NCBI GenBank assembly: GCA_032718475.1
Contig: JAUCBJ010009137.1
Coordinates: 42,286-106,285, forward strand
DNA: 64,000 nucleotides
From: Nemertoderma westbladi
Taxonomy: Eukaryota > Animalia > Xenacoelomorpha
Reading direction: 5' to 3'
The translations under genes and the position numbers were made by a program. A model generated the notes under the pieces. It made no database searches. It saw only the letters and a program-made list of their open reading frames with translations, and was not told where the DNA came from. Shown in pieces: positions 11,608 to 22,641 of this stretch. Numbering within the stretch: the first letter of the stretch is position 1; the number at the start of each line of letters is the position of its first letter.

Positions 11608-14607
11608 ATGCCTTGGTCAAATTTCGTTAAAGCTAAGTTTTGTGAACTGAGAAGTTTAGGTACCCATTACATACAAGCAAGAAATCAATTTTATTTTCTT
11701 AATACTTGCTTAAACAAAGATCTATTACCGAATGGGTTAAATTTGCGTGCACACCTACATTTAAACTTTTTTTCGCCGGAGTGTCGTAATGATTTTGGAA
11801 AAGAATTGTATAAAATTGAACACAAATTATTAGTTACAATGAAACAAGATGCCCACGTCAAGTGGCAATATTTTCTGCAGAAATTTATGCAGACTAAGTA
11901 TTACATACAAACTGTTATACAACCTAATGTTTGTCGGGAAGTTCTTCACCAATCACACGTTGAACTTCATCATATTAATCATATTTCAAGACAGAGACAT
12001 CGGAAAAAAATTCATAATTTATTAAAATGTAGTCCGGCGTCCCATTTCGAGTCACAAGTGCCTGATATTGAACCGGTTCGAAGACGTTCTAACTACAGTC
12101 ACCACGTGAGAGGACCACTCAGGACGGAGATTCGTAAAGCACATCGCCACAAGACACGGGATGCACTAGCAGAAGAATTGAAAACAGCAATTCTAGAAAA
12201 TCAGGTACCGTTATCTACTTTTAACCCGGTTTTTCCCGATAGTTTGCAAGCTGAACCAGCTTTGGTTAGTTTGCTAAATAAAGGTCCTTCTTTCGTTCCT
12301 TTACCATGGCAACCAAAGCTTCATGAAGCACATTTAGATTTTGCATCATTTGCCACTAAAGTTCGTTATCAGTTTCTCCAATTTGAAAAGCAAATTAATA
12401 GGGCCACTAAGACTAACACAGAAAAAACACAGATTGTTAATCCGTTGAACTTGGAGCTACAAGAAACTGAAAGTAATTCAACAGTGGTGCCACTTTTCAA
12501 GGGTGCTAAAAGTGTTTATTTTAATTTAACATCGACAAATCAAACTATAGACAATTTCCTCTCAGCCATTTATTCAGATTTATTTAATCCCAAACTGAGG
12601 AATAAATGTAATGACAATTTGAACCCAGACGAACGTGCAGCAATGAAAAACATAAAGGCAGACAACGATTTTGTGTTGCGCCTTCAAGATAAAGGTTCAA
12701 AAAGATTTGTTGCAACTGAACGACAAATTTACAAAGACGGTATTAATAACTACCTTGGTGAAACAGCCCAATTTACACAGCATGGGAAGGTAAACCCTAC
12801 AGTAGAGTATACAAAACGAATAGCGGCATTTGTTAACAAATGGAAACATATTGAAGTTATTAAAGTCAACAGAGAATGGCTTGTTAATAAGCGTGCGAAA
12901 GCTGGAGTTTGTTTCGCTAATATAAAAACCCACAAACCCAATTGGCCACTTAGAAATATTTTGTCATCTTGTTCAACTGCTTCACAAAATTTGAGTATCT
13001 TAATTGAAAATTTTCTTAAGCCATTTGCAACAAAGCATCCAGCCTACATTAAAAACACATTACACCTTTTAGAGAAAATAGATAACTATAATATAAAGTA
13101 TGCTCCACTTCCATCAACGGCCCAATTTGCTTGTTTGGATATTGCAAATTTCTTCCCTAGTGTAGATAATAAAGATGGACTTGACAGCGTCAAAGAATTA
13201 CTTGACCTTTATCCAGAACTCCTACCAGATAACGCACCACCAAAAGATTGTATCCTAGAAGGTCTTAAATTATGTCTAGAAATTAATAACTGTACTTTTG
13301 ACAATAAACATTACACACAGTGTTCAGGATCAGCAATGGGTCCCAGTTACTCTTGTTCTTACACTGATGCCTATGGAGCTCGCAAAATAGACACCATTGC
13401 AGATCAATCTGATAATTCCCCAGATGAATTTGGAAGATATAGGGATGACATTTTAGTTTTATATTTACATGATATAGATTTAAAATTAAAACAATTAGTT
13501 GAGGATTTAAATGATCAAGTAAAGCCAGGACAAATTAAATTCGTTACTGAACAGATGGGGAGAGAAGTTAATTTTTTGGACCTAAAAATTTTCATCGACG
13601 CCCATGGAACCATTCAAACAGATATTTTTTTCAAACCTATGGACGTACATCAGTATTTGCATAGGACTTCGTCTCACCCACCGTCTCAGATCAAGTATGT
13701 ACCGTATGGTGTAGCTTTAAGGTTACGACGAAACTGTAGCAGGGATGTTGATCTCAAGAAGCACTTTATCACTTTTGGAGCAGCTTTTGTAGCACGAGCT
13801 TGGAATCTTGATGATGTTTGCAAACAGTTCGCAAAGGCAGCGGATCTATCACATAAAGAGAGTCGAAAGGCGAGAATAAAGACACATATTGATAATAAAG
13901 TTATTTATTATGTAGCTAACCACGAACCAACACTTCCAGATTTACATTTGCTAATAAAAAAGTCAAAACATATTCTAAAAAATGACATTTTAACAAAAGA
14001 GTTTTCAAATAGTTTTAAATTTAATGTAGTTCACAGACGCGCACCAACTTTACAGAGACTACTAGCACCTTCCACATACAAAGAACCTCTGACCACACTA
14101 GGAACAGGACTCAACAGTTTATCAGATGGGGGCGCCTTTCCTTGCAACAACTGCGTTTATTGTGACAAAATTGAACCAATGGAATTTGTTTCTTCAAAAT
14201 CGGTGGACCGGCGGAGAAGAATCCCTATAACAGAAAATTTGAACTGCAAGAGTACTAATGTAATCTACCTTGTATCATGTTCTAGATGTAATAAACAAGC
14301 GGTGGGTTCTGCAATTAATTTTAAAGCTAGAATTGCTAATTATAAAACACAGATTAAAAACAAAAAGAAGCAGACATGTAAGGTTGATCAACATTTTACA
14401 AGCAACGGACATTCATGGGAAGATTTTCATATAACACCAATAGATAGTATTAAGGGATACAAGGGAAAAGAACTCAAAATCCAAATGAGAAAGAGGGAGG
14501 GTTACTACCAGTGCACACTGCAGACCTTAGAACCATACGGAATAAACACAATTAATGAAGCAACCGCAAATTTACATGGCTACACAGGTTTTCTTCAAGA
14601 AGATTAA
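11608..14607 (+). CDS. PLE polyprotein, 999 aa: reverse transcriptase + Cys-rich linker + GIY-YIG endonuclease (copy 1)
   Basis: RT motifs KTHK..PLRNILS, LDIANFFPSV, GSAMG, RYRDD, NFLDL; thumb QYLHRTSSHP; linker CNNCVYC; endonuclease NVIYLVSCSRCNKQAVG ... TLEPYGIN. Confidence 0.95.
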   Translation: MPWSNFVKAKFCELRSLGTHYIQARNQFYFLNTCLNKDLLPNGLNLRAHLHLNFFSPECRNDFGKELYKIEHKLLVTMKQDAHVKWQYFLQKFMQTKYYIQTVIQPNVCREVLHQSHVELHHINHISRQRHRKKIHNLLKCSPASHFESQVPDIEPVRRRSNYSHHVRGPLRTEIRKAHRHKTRDALAEELKTAILENQVPLSTFNPVFPDSLQAEPALVSLLNKGPSFVPLPWQPKLHEAHLDFASFATKVRYQFLQFEKQINRATKTNTEKTQIVNPLNLELQETESNSTVVPLFKGAKSVYFNLTSTNQTIDNFLSAIYSDLFNPKLRNKCNDNLNPDERAAMKNIKADNDFVLRLQDKGSKRFVATERQIYKDGINNYLGETAQFTQHGKVNPTVEYTKRIAAFVNKWKHIEVIKVNREWLVNKRAKAGVCFANIKTHKPNWPLRNILSSCSTASQNLSILIENFLKPFATKHPAYIKNTLHLLEKIDNYNIKYAPLPSTAQFACLDIANFFPSVDNKDGLDSVKELLDLYPELLPDNAPPKDCILEGLKLCLEINNCTFDNKHYTQCSGSAMGPSYSCSYTDAYGARKIDTIADQSDNSPDEFGRYRDDILVLYLHDIDLKLKQLVEDLNDQVKPGQIKFVTEQMGREVNFLDLKIFIDAHGTIQTDIFFKPMDVHQYLHRTSSHPPSQIKYVPYGVALRLRRNCSRDVDLKKHFITFGAAFVARAWNLDDVCKQFAKAADLSHKESRKARIKTHIDNKVIYYVANHEPTLPDLHLLIKKSKHILKNDILTKEFSNSFKFNVVHRRAPTLQRLLAPSTYKEPLTTLGTGLNSLSDGGAFPCNNCVYCDKIEPMEFVSSKSVDRRRRIPITENLNCKSTNVIYLVSCSRCNKQAVGSAINFKARIANYKTQIKNKKKQTCKVDQHFTSNGHSWEDFHITPIDSIKGYKGKELKIQMRKREGYYQCTLQTLEPYGINTINEATANLHGYTGFLQED

Positions 14608-14695
14608 AACTTTATATTTATGTTGTTACCTAGTTTATTTATACAGTATTTCAATTATTTATTTGTTCTAGAAAATTAATTTGAATTTAAGAAAA

Positions 14696-14735
14696 AATAC
14701 ATGAATAAGAGTCACGCTGACTCGAAATATCGTAT
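14696..14735 (+). ncRNA. Minimal hammerhead ribozyme, A3-U8 variant (copy 2)
   Basis: Same sequence as 11422-11461, +3274 bp. Confidence 0.75.
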
Positions 14736-14881
14736 ATATTTTATTTTTATTGCTTGATATTGGTCTGTCTATTATTATTATTATTTTCGTTCTACACTTG
14801 ACTATATTTGAGAGACCGGATCATGCTGAACATGGTTGTTTGAAAAAGCGTTCCTACTTGATTTAATTATATTTAGCAACC

Positions 14882-17881
14882 ATGCCTTGGTCAAATTTCG
14901 TTAAAGCTAAGTTTTGTGAACTGAGAAGTTTAGGTACCCATTACATACAAGCAAGAAATCAATTTTATTTTCTTAATACTTGCTTAAACAAAGATCTATT
15001 ACCGAATGGGTTAAATTTGCGTGCACACCTACATTTAAACTTTTTTTCGCCGGAGTGTCGTAATGATTTTGGAAAAGAATTGTATAAAATTGAACACAAA
15101 TTATTAGTTACAATGAAACAAGATGCCCACGTCAAGTGGCAATATTTTCTGCAGAAATTTATGCAGACTAAGTATTACATACAAACTGTTATACAACCTA
15201 ATGTTTGTCGGGAAGTTCTTCACCAATCACACGTTGAACTTCATCATATTAATCATATTTCAAGACAGAGACATCGGAAAAAAATTCATAATTTATTAAA
15301 ATGTAGTCCGGCGTCCCATTTCGAGTCACAAGTGCCTGATATTGAACCGGTTCGAAGACGTTCTAACTACAGTCACCACGTGAGAGGACCACTCAGGACG
15401 GAGATTCGTAAAGCACATCGCCACAAGACACGGGATGCACTAGCAGAAGAATTGAAAACAGCAATTCTAGAAAATCAGGTACCGTTATCTACTTTTAACC
15501 CGGTTTTTCCCGATAGTTTGCAAGCTGAACCAGCTTTGGTTAGTTTGCTAAATAAAGGTCCTTCTTTCGTTCCTTTACCATGGCAACCAAAGCTTCATGA
15601 AGCACATTTAGATTTTGCATCATTTGCCACTAAAGTTCGTTATCAGTTTCTCCAATTTGAAAAGCAAATTAATAGGGCCACTAAGACTAACACAGAAAAA
15701 ACACAGATTGTTAATCCGTTGAACTTGGAGCTACAAGAAACTGAAAGTAATTCAACAGTGGTGCCACTTTTCAAGGGTGCTAAAAGTGTTTATTTTAATT
15801 TAACATCGACAAATCAAACTATAGACAATTTCCTCTCAGCCATTTATTCAGATTTATTTAATCCCAAACTGAGGAATAAATGTAATGACAATTTGAACCC
15901 AGACGAACGTGCAGCAATGAAAAACATAAAGGCAGACAACGATTTTGTGTTGCGCCTTCAAGATAAAGGTTCAAAAAGATTTGTTGCAACTGAACGACAA
16001 ATTTACAAAGACGGTATTAATAACTACCTTGGTGAAACAGCCCAATTTACACAGCATGGGAAGGTAAACCCTACAGTAGAGTATACAAAACGAATAGCGG
16101 CATTTGTTAACAAATGGAAACATATTGAAGTTATTAAAGTCAACAGAGAATGGCTTGTTAATAAGCGTGCGAAAGCTGGAGTTTGTTTCGCTAATATAAA
16201 AACCCACAAACCCAATTGGCCACTTAGAAATATTTTGTCATCTTGTTCAACTGCTTCACAAAATTTGAGTATCTTAATTGAAAATTTTCTTAAGCCATTT
16301 GCAACAAAGCATCCAGCCTACATTAAAAACACATTACACCTTTTAGAGAAAATAGATAACTATAATATAAAGTATGCTCCACTTCCATCAACGGCCCAAT
16401 TTGCTTGTTTGGATATTGCAAATTTCTTCCCTAGTGTAGATAATAAAGATGGACTTGACAGCGTCAAAGAATTACTTGACCTTTATCCAGAACTCCTACC
16501 AGATAACGCACCACCAAAAGATTGTATCCTAGAAGGTCTTAAATTATGTCTAGAAATTAATAACTGTACTTTTGACAATAAACATTACACACAGTGTTCA
16601 GGATCAGCAATGGGTCCCAGTTACTCTTGTTCTTACACTGATGCCTATGGAGCTCGCAAAATAGACACCATTGCAGATCAATCTGATAATTCCCCAGATG
16701 AATTTGGAAGATATAGGGATGACATTTTAGTTTTATATTTACATGATATAGATTTAAAATTAAAACAATTAGTTGAGGATTTAAATGATCAAGTAAAGCC
16801 AGGACAAATTAAATTCGTTACTGAACAGATGGGGAGAGAAGTTAATTTTTTGGACCTAAAAATTTTCATCGACGCCCATGGAACCATTCAAACAGATATT
16901 TTTTTCAAACCTATGGACGTACATCAGTATTTGCATAGGACTTCGTCTCACCCACCGTCTCAGATCAAGTATGTACCGTATGGTGTAGCTTTAAGGTTAC
17001 GACGAAACTGTAGCAGGGATGTTGATCTCAAGAAGCACTTTATCACTTTTGGAGCAGCTTTTGTAGCACGAGCTTGGAATCTTGATGATGTTTGCAAACA
17101 GTTCGCAAAGGCAGCGGATCTATCACATAAAGAGAGTCGAAAGGCGAGAATAAAGACACATATTGATAATAAAGTTATTTATTATGTAGCTAACCACGAA
17201 CCAACACTTCCAGATTTACATTTGCTAATAAAAAAGTCAAAACATATTCTAAAAAATGACATTTTAACAAAAGAGTTTTCAAATAGTTTTAAATTTAATG
17301 TAGTTCACAGACGCGCACCAACTTTACAGAGACTACTAGCACCTTCCACATACAAAGAACCTCTGACCACACTAGGAACAGGACTCAACAGTTTATCAGA
17401 TGGGGGCGCCTTTCCTTGCAACAACTGCGTTTATTGTGACAAAATTGAACCAATGGAATTTGTTTCTTCAAAATCGGTGGACCGGCGGAGAAGAATCCCT
17501 ATAACAGAAAATTTGAACTGCAAGAGTACTAATGTAATCTACCTTGTATCATGTTCTAGATGTAATAAACAAGCGGTGGGTTCTGCAATTAATTTTAAAG
17601 CTAGAATTGCTAATTATAAAACACAGATTAAAAACAAAAAGAAGCAGACATGTAAGGTTGATCAACATTTTACAAGCAACGGACATTCATGGGAAGATTT
17701 TCATATAACACCAATAGATAGTATTAAGGGATACAAGGGAAAAGAACTCAAAATCCAAATGAGAAAGAGGGAGGGTTACTACCAGTGCACACTGCAGACC
17801 TTAGAACCATACGGAATAAACACAATTAATGAAGCAACCGCAAATTTACATGGCTACACAGGTTTTCTTCAAGAAGATTAA
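14882..17881 (+). CDS. PLE polyprotein, 999 aa (copy 2, protein appears identical to copy 1)
   Basis: Same translation as 11608-14607 in the ORF track. Confidence 0.93.
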   Translation: MPWSNFVKAKFCELRSLGTHYIQARNQFYFLNTCLNKDLLPNGLNLRAHLHLNFFSPECRNDFGKELYKIEHKLLVTMKQDAHVKWQYFLQKFMQTKYYIQTVIQPNVCREVLHQSHVELHHINHISRQRHRKKIHNLLKCSPASHFESQVPDIEPVRRRSNYSHHVRGPLRTEIRKAHRHKTRDALAEELKTAILENQVPLSTFNPVFPDSLQAEPALVSLLNKGPSFVPLPWQPKLHEAHLDFASFATKVRYQFLQFEKQINRATKTNTEKTQIVNPLNLELQETESNSTVVPLFKGAKSVYFNLTSTNQTIDNFLSAIYSDLFNPKLRNKCNDNLNPDERAAMKNIKADNDFVLRLQDKGSKRFVATERQIYKDGINNYLGETAQFTQHGKVNPTVEYTKRIAAFVNKWKHIEVIKVNREWLVNKRAKAGVCFANIKTHKPNWPLRNILSSCSTASQNLSILIENFLKPFATKHPAYIKNTLHLLEKIDNYNIKYAPLPSTAQFACLDIANFFPSVDNKDGLDSVKELLDLYPELLPDNAPPKDCILEGLKLCLEINNCTFDNKHYTQCSGSAMGPSYSCSYTDAYGARKIDTIADQSDNSPDEFGRYRDDILVLYLHDIDLKLKQLVEDLNDQVKPGQIKFVTEQMGREVNFLDLKIFIDAHGTIQTDIFFKPMDVHQYLHRTSSHPPSQIKYVPYGVALRLRRNCSRDVDLKKHFITFGAAFVARAWNLDDVCKQFAKAADLSHKESRKARIKTHIDNKVIYYVANHEPTLPDLHLLIKKSKHILKNDILTKEFSNSFKFNVVHRRAPTLQRLLAPSTYKEPLTTLGTGLNSLSDGGAFPCNNCVYCDKIEPMEFVSSKSVDRRRRIPITENLNCKSTNVIYLVSCSRCNKQAVGSAINFKARIANYKTQIKNKKKQTCKVDQHFTSNGHSWEDFHITPIDSIKGYKGKELKIQMRKREGYYQCTLQTLEPYGINTINEATANLHGYTGFLQED

Positions 17882-17969
17882 AACTTTATATTTATGTTGT
17901 TACCTAGTTTATTTATACAGTATTTCAATTATTTATTTGTTCTAGAAAATTAATTTGAATTTAAGAAAA

Positions 17970-18009
17970 AATACATGAATAAGAGTCACGCTGACTCGAA
18001 ATATCGTAT
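17970..18009 (+). ncRNA. Minimal hammerhead ribozyme, A3-U8 variant (copy 3)
   Basis: Same sequence as 11422-11461, +6548 bp. Confidence 0.75.
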
Positions 18010-18069
18010 ATATTTTATTTTTATTGCTTGATATTGGTCTGTCTATTATTATTATTATTTTCGTTCTAC

Positions 18070-18169
18070 NNNNNNNNNNNNNNNNNNNNNNNNNNNNNNN
18101 NNNNNNNNNNNNNNNNNNNNNNNNNNNNNNNNNNNNNNNNNNNNNNNNNNNNNNNNNNNNNNNNNNNNN
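18070..18169. other. Assembly gap (100 N)
   Basis: Run of 100 N. Confidence 1.
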
Positions 18170-18497
18170 TAATTATATATATATGTATATATATAAGGTA
18201 TTTCCATTTCACGGCAATCACTCACTACATAATAATACGTCGCCTGTGCAATAAATTGAAATACATTGTATGGATGTCCAGGTAAGAAACCATTACGTTT
18301 CCATGACAATACACAGTTATCAGGTTAGGACTTTGTATAGAGTACTTTCAAAGACTATCTAAAAGTAATAAGTTAAGACTTTAGCGCTCCCGCAGTTTGT
18401 GCAAAACGCTTTTATTATTAGGTTATACGTGTACAATTCGCAATTAACATTCAGCGAGTTAGCTTATTAGGGTATTTGCGGTCTTATAATCATTTAA

Positions 18498-20042
18498 GGG
18501 GGCGGTACACCACCTGGTGTCAAAAAATTGAAAAAAAATTTTTTTGCCGAATATTGTGTGAAATTTTATGTAGATTCCGAATCTGAAATCGGTTTTGTCA
18601 TATCTCGATTGGATCTCGAGTTATACGTCTTTAACTGAGACCATGTTGACGGACAGACTGACAGACAGACCGACAGACCGACAGACCGACAGACAGTCTG
18701 GATAGGGTCAAAAGTGAAAACTGACAGCGGAAATGAAATCCTTGACCAGGAAAACCCCAATAGAGAGAATTTTAATTAGCTAATGTGATTCCTTATACTT
18801 TTGACGGACAGACTGACAGACAGACCGACAGACAGTCTGGATAGGGTCAAAAGTGAAAACTGACAGCGGAAATGAAATCCTTGACCAGGAAAACCCCCAT
18901 AGGGAGAATTTTAATTAGCTAATGTGATTCCTTATACTTTTGACGGACAGACTGACAGACAGACCGACAGACAGTCTGGATAGGGTCAAAAGTGAAAACT
19001 GACAGCGGAAATGAAATCCTTGACCAGGAAAACCCCCATAGAGAGAATTTTAATTAGCTAATGTGATTCCTTATATTTTCGACGGACAGACTGACAGACA
19101 GACAGACCAACAGACCGACAGACAGTCTGCATAGGGTCAAAAGTGAAAACTGACAGCGGAAATGAAATCCTTGTCCAGGAAAACCCCCATAGCTAGAATT
19201 TTAATTAGCTAATGTGATTCCTTATACTTTTGACGGACAGACTGAAAGACAGACCGACAGACAGACCGACAGACAGACCGACAGACAGTCTGGATAGGGT
19301 CAAAGTGAAAACTGACAGCGGAAATGAAATCCTTGACAAGGAAAACCCCCATAGCGAGAATGTTAGTAGATTTTATTCTTTCTAAAGTCTTGACAGACAA
19401 ACAGACAGAAATACTGACAGACTTCAGAAATTCATGAATTAGAGTTGGGCACTTGGGGGTTTGAATAATTTACAGTTAGGTACCGAAAGGGTTAAAACTT
19501 TAACCTCATTTTTCTCAGAATGTCATTTTTTGACCTCAAAAATGTATCTAGTCCGCCAATTTTCAATGAATTGAGCTGAAATTTGGAAAGTATCTCCAGA
19601 CCGACGCACTCTTTAGAAATTGTGGTCAAATTTTTTTTTTTTAGCTTCGTTCGTTTTTTATTCAATGTTAAATGTCGAAATTTCGTGATTTTTTCGTTCA
19701 AAATGAAAAGTAATTTTTGATTGGCTATAAAAAAAGATCAAAACAAAATTTTAAAAATTTGACCACAATTTCTGTTTATCATGACTTGGAGAATATGCAC
19801 ACCAAATTTCGAGCAAAAATAATTATAAATAAATATGTAGATAGGTTTTGTAATATAGTCAATATTTATTAATATTAACTATTATTAAATTATTATAAAT
19901 AGTTAATTCGAAAAATTTTTTTTGCCGAAAGTTGTATCTACAACCCAACTCTAATTGTGCCAATTTTCGAAAATACTTGACAATGTTGAAGCACACGACA
20001 ATGATTTTTGTAAAAAATGCGCTTAGGTGGTGTACCGCCCCC
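18498..20042. mobile_element. Non-autonomous Kolobok-like DNA transposon
   Basis: Perfect 18-bp TIR GGGGGCGGTACACCACCT / AGGTGGTGTACCGCCCCC flanked by TTAA (18494-18497, 20043-20046); TTAA TSD with purine-purine termini is the Kolobok signature; no ORF. Confidence 0.85.
18647..19362. repeat. ~120-130 bp tandem repeat (5-6 copies) with variable GACA/GACC microsatellite, inside the Kolobok-like element
   Basis: Repeated GACGGACAGACTGACAGAC...GTCTGGATAGGGTCAAAAGTGAAAACTGACAGCGGAAATGAAATCCTTGACCAGGAAAACCCC. Confidence 0.9.
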
Positions 20043-20792
20043 TTAACACAATTTGGTTGGTACAAATTGAATGTAAGTGTAAGAAGTGTGTTTGTAAGTT
20101 AGCATTTTGGCCATTCCATACTCTTGAGTGTTTAAGTGTGTTTGAAAAGTACCAGTTCCCATAATGCCGCTAAGGGGGGCCAAGTTTTTCATACACATGA
20201 CACACTGGACTGCAAAAGTGGTAAAATGCTAACTTGTGAGAAATGGTCTAAAAAACGTTTTGACAAAGTTTCAGATTGCAAGGACCACGAGTTAGCACTT
20301 TGAGTTAGCACTTTGGAAAAGTTAGCACAATAGCGGAAAAAGAGCTTGCAAAGTAAGCCCTTTGGTATATTTGCCATACGTTTGCGGCTGTTTGGGCGGG
20401 GTGTGGTAGGCCTAAACTTTTCACACTGAAACATTTTGGTTCTGAAATGTTCAGGGCACAGCGATCAGAGATATTTCATATACAGTATATTTTATTATGA
20501 GAGGAAGAAGAACATACAACGTTATTTACTATATATGTAACAAAATAATTGTTTTCGGGTTTAACTTGGAAGCCTCCCCAAATAGTTGATATACAATTAT
20601 ATTTAAAATTATTTCCATGGTCATGGTCATTCACCCGTCTTTAGTTAGAAATTTGTTTGCATGAAAGACAGTTTAGTTTGGTTTTTACTGATTATTATCT
20701 CTTATCTGGCTGGGGTAATAATAAAGGATAGGATAAATGGAAGCAAAGTGTGACAGTAACAATTATTTCCCTGACAACCGAGCATGTCTTAA

Positions 20793-21639
20793 CCCTATTC
20801 CACCTGGGGTTGGGCAGAATCTGCCCAACACTTTTTATTTTTAGAAATTCATCATGATGATTTTTATGTATTATTATGAAATTCATTGACTTTTCCTAGA
20901 ATTTAATTGGCTTTCTGATGGTAACAAAATATTTTTTTCATCATTTATACTTTTTGTGCTATGGTGTGTTTTTCATATCAAAGTCACATTTTTTTATTAT
21001 AATATCTTTATTAGCCTAACTGGTAGAAAAGATAATCCCTGGTTGGATAGTTCCCTGGTCAACAAGCTAGAATACAACCAATTACGGTCCAGGACATTCA
21101 CTTGGCTGGGTTGTAAAGTTAAATTCAAACACGAGATTGTCTACTGCTTGGATTAGTACACATCAATCACATTATTTTTTAATAACAGAATACTAAACTG
21201 ACAGATAAGCAAGCAATAAGTCTACTAGGATAAAACAACAACCACCATTGAAACCAGTATATTCCTAATGTAATACAGCAGACATAAACAGAGGTGAATA
21301 AATCTATTCAATAACAGCAGCCCTGCAAGCAAAATTTTCAATTGGGATGTCTGGCAGAGTTAGGCAGACAGTGGTGTTGGGAGGAGTATGTATAGTATTA
21401 TCTCATCTTTTAACTATAATGGGTTATCTTCATGATAATTAATTTATATGGATATATTATTTAAAATTATGAATATATAAAACTCAGAACAGATGCATTA
21501 TATATTTTTCTATAAACCTGCGAAAATTTGGAAAGTTTTGATAAAATTATCATTACTTTTTAGTGTATAATAAACTGTTGGGCATATTATGCCCAACCCC
21601 AGGTGGAATCTCGGACAAAAGAGCCCAGGTGGAATAGGG
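20793..21639. mobile_element. Non-autonomous piggyBac-like element
   Basis: TTAA flanks (20789-20792, 21640-21643); 16-bp TIR CCCTATTCCACCTGGG / CCCAGGTGGAATAGGG; extra asymmetric subterminal repeat at the right end (21576-21609). Confidence 0.88.
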
Positions 21640-22568
21640 TTAAGTATACGATATCTAAAAGGGGGAAGTTTGGATTCACTGAATAAATGCAGTTCACCAA
21701 ACTTCCCCCGAATGCACACTGTAACTTCCCCCTTCCCCCAAATATCCACTGTTAAATTAATTTGAAGCGATATAATAAGTACAAAATTGTGCGAGTTTTT
21801 AATTTGTGTAGTCCATTTGTTATTTGATCTCTATTTATTGTTTAAAGTGCATTTAATATCACACTGGTTTTTTAGAATATTATACTATACAACCTTATGT
21901 TTTATTTATTAACCCAATCGAAGCCTTAATAAGGGCCGCTTATTTGTACGCATATCCCTAATGCGCTCAGTAAGGTTGAAACAACATATTAATATGAAAA
22001 TAAAGTATCTGCAAAGAAAAGAACCCAATGCTATATAATTTGACCTTATAAAAAAATGTGCACTTTTGCACACTTATTTGTACAAGTGCACTTCAGCAGA
22101 TCGTAATGGTGGTTCTTATTTAACAAACTTATGTTTATCCTCTACCGATCTACGATGGTGTATGATCAAGTGTCAGTCACTAAAAGTGTAAAAAATCTAA
22201 TTTAATAAATCGCGACATTTGCGATTTTGGACCATATTCATGGGCATTTTAAGTCACTTTATATACATAAAAAGTTAAACAAATGTTACGATTATAGTTA
22301 GATATCACTCCAAACTACATTTTAATCCAAAGAATAACATTCTACGATGAATGGAACTGGAAATAATAGTGTTTGAAATATCGAAAAAATGTGTACTTTT
22401 TAAGTGCATTATGCACTAAGTGCACATGCGTCTTTTCCCAAGTTGTATCCTATTTCACACACTACAATCTATCCTCTATCCAATGAAAAAGGTTTCAGAT
22501 CAAACGGCCCAGTAGAACAGAAGTTATTGATGTTTAAAAATAATCACTCGAAAATTTCAAATTCTCTT

Positions 22569-22641
22569 GGTCACGTAGTCTAGTGGTAATCAATCACGTT
22601 AACGATACTTAAGTTCGTGGGTTCGAAACCCAATATGACCA
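22569..22641 (+). pseudogene. Degenerate tRNA-like sequence (tRNA relic or SINE head)
   Basis: GGTCA...TGACC acceptor-like stem, A box TAGTCTAGTGG, T arm TGGG-TTCGAAA-CCCA, 73 nt; anticodon arm does not fold. Confidence 0.5.

Larger units (their letters stand above)
11200..18069 (+). mobile_element. Penelope-like retroelement (Neptune-type), tandem: 3' fragment (pseudo-LTR) + two full 3274-bp units, cut by an assembly gap
   Basis: 11200-11607 repeats the ORF 3' end and UTR found at 14474-14881 and 17748-18069; period 3274 bp; RT + GIY-YIG ORF. Confidence 0.93.

Noticed and set aside
18024-18309. ORFs spanning the N run
   Set aside because: Artefact of the assembly gap.
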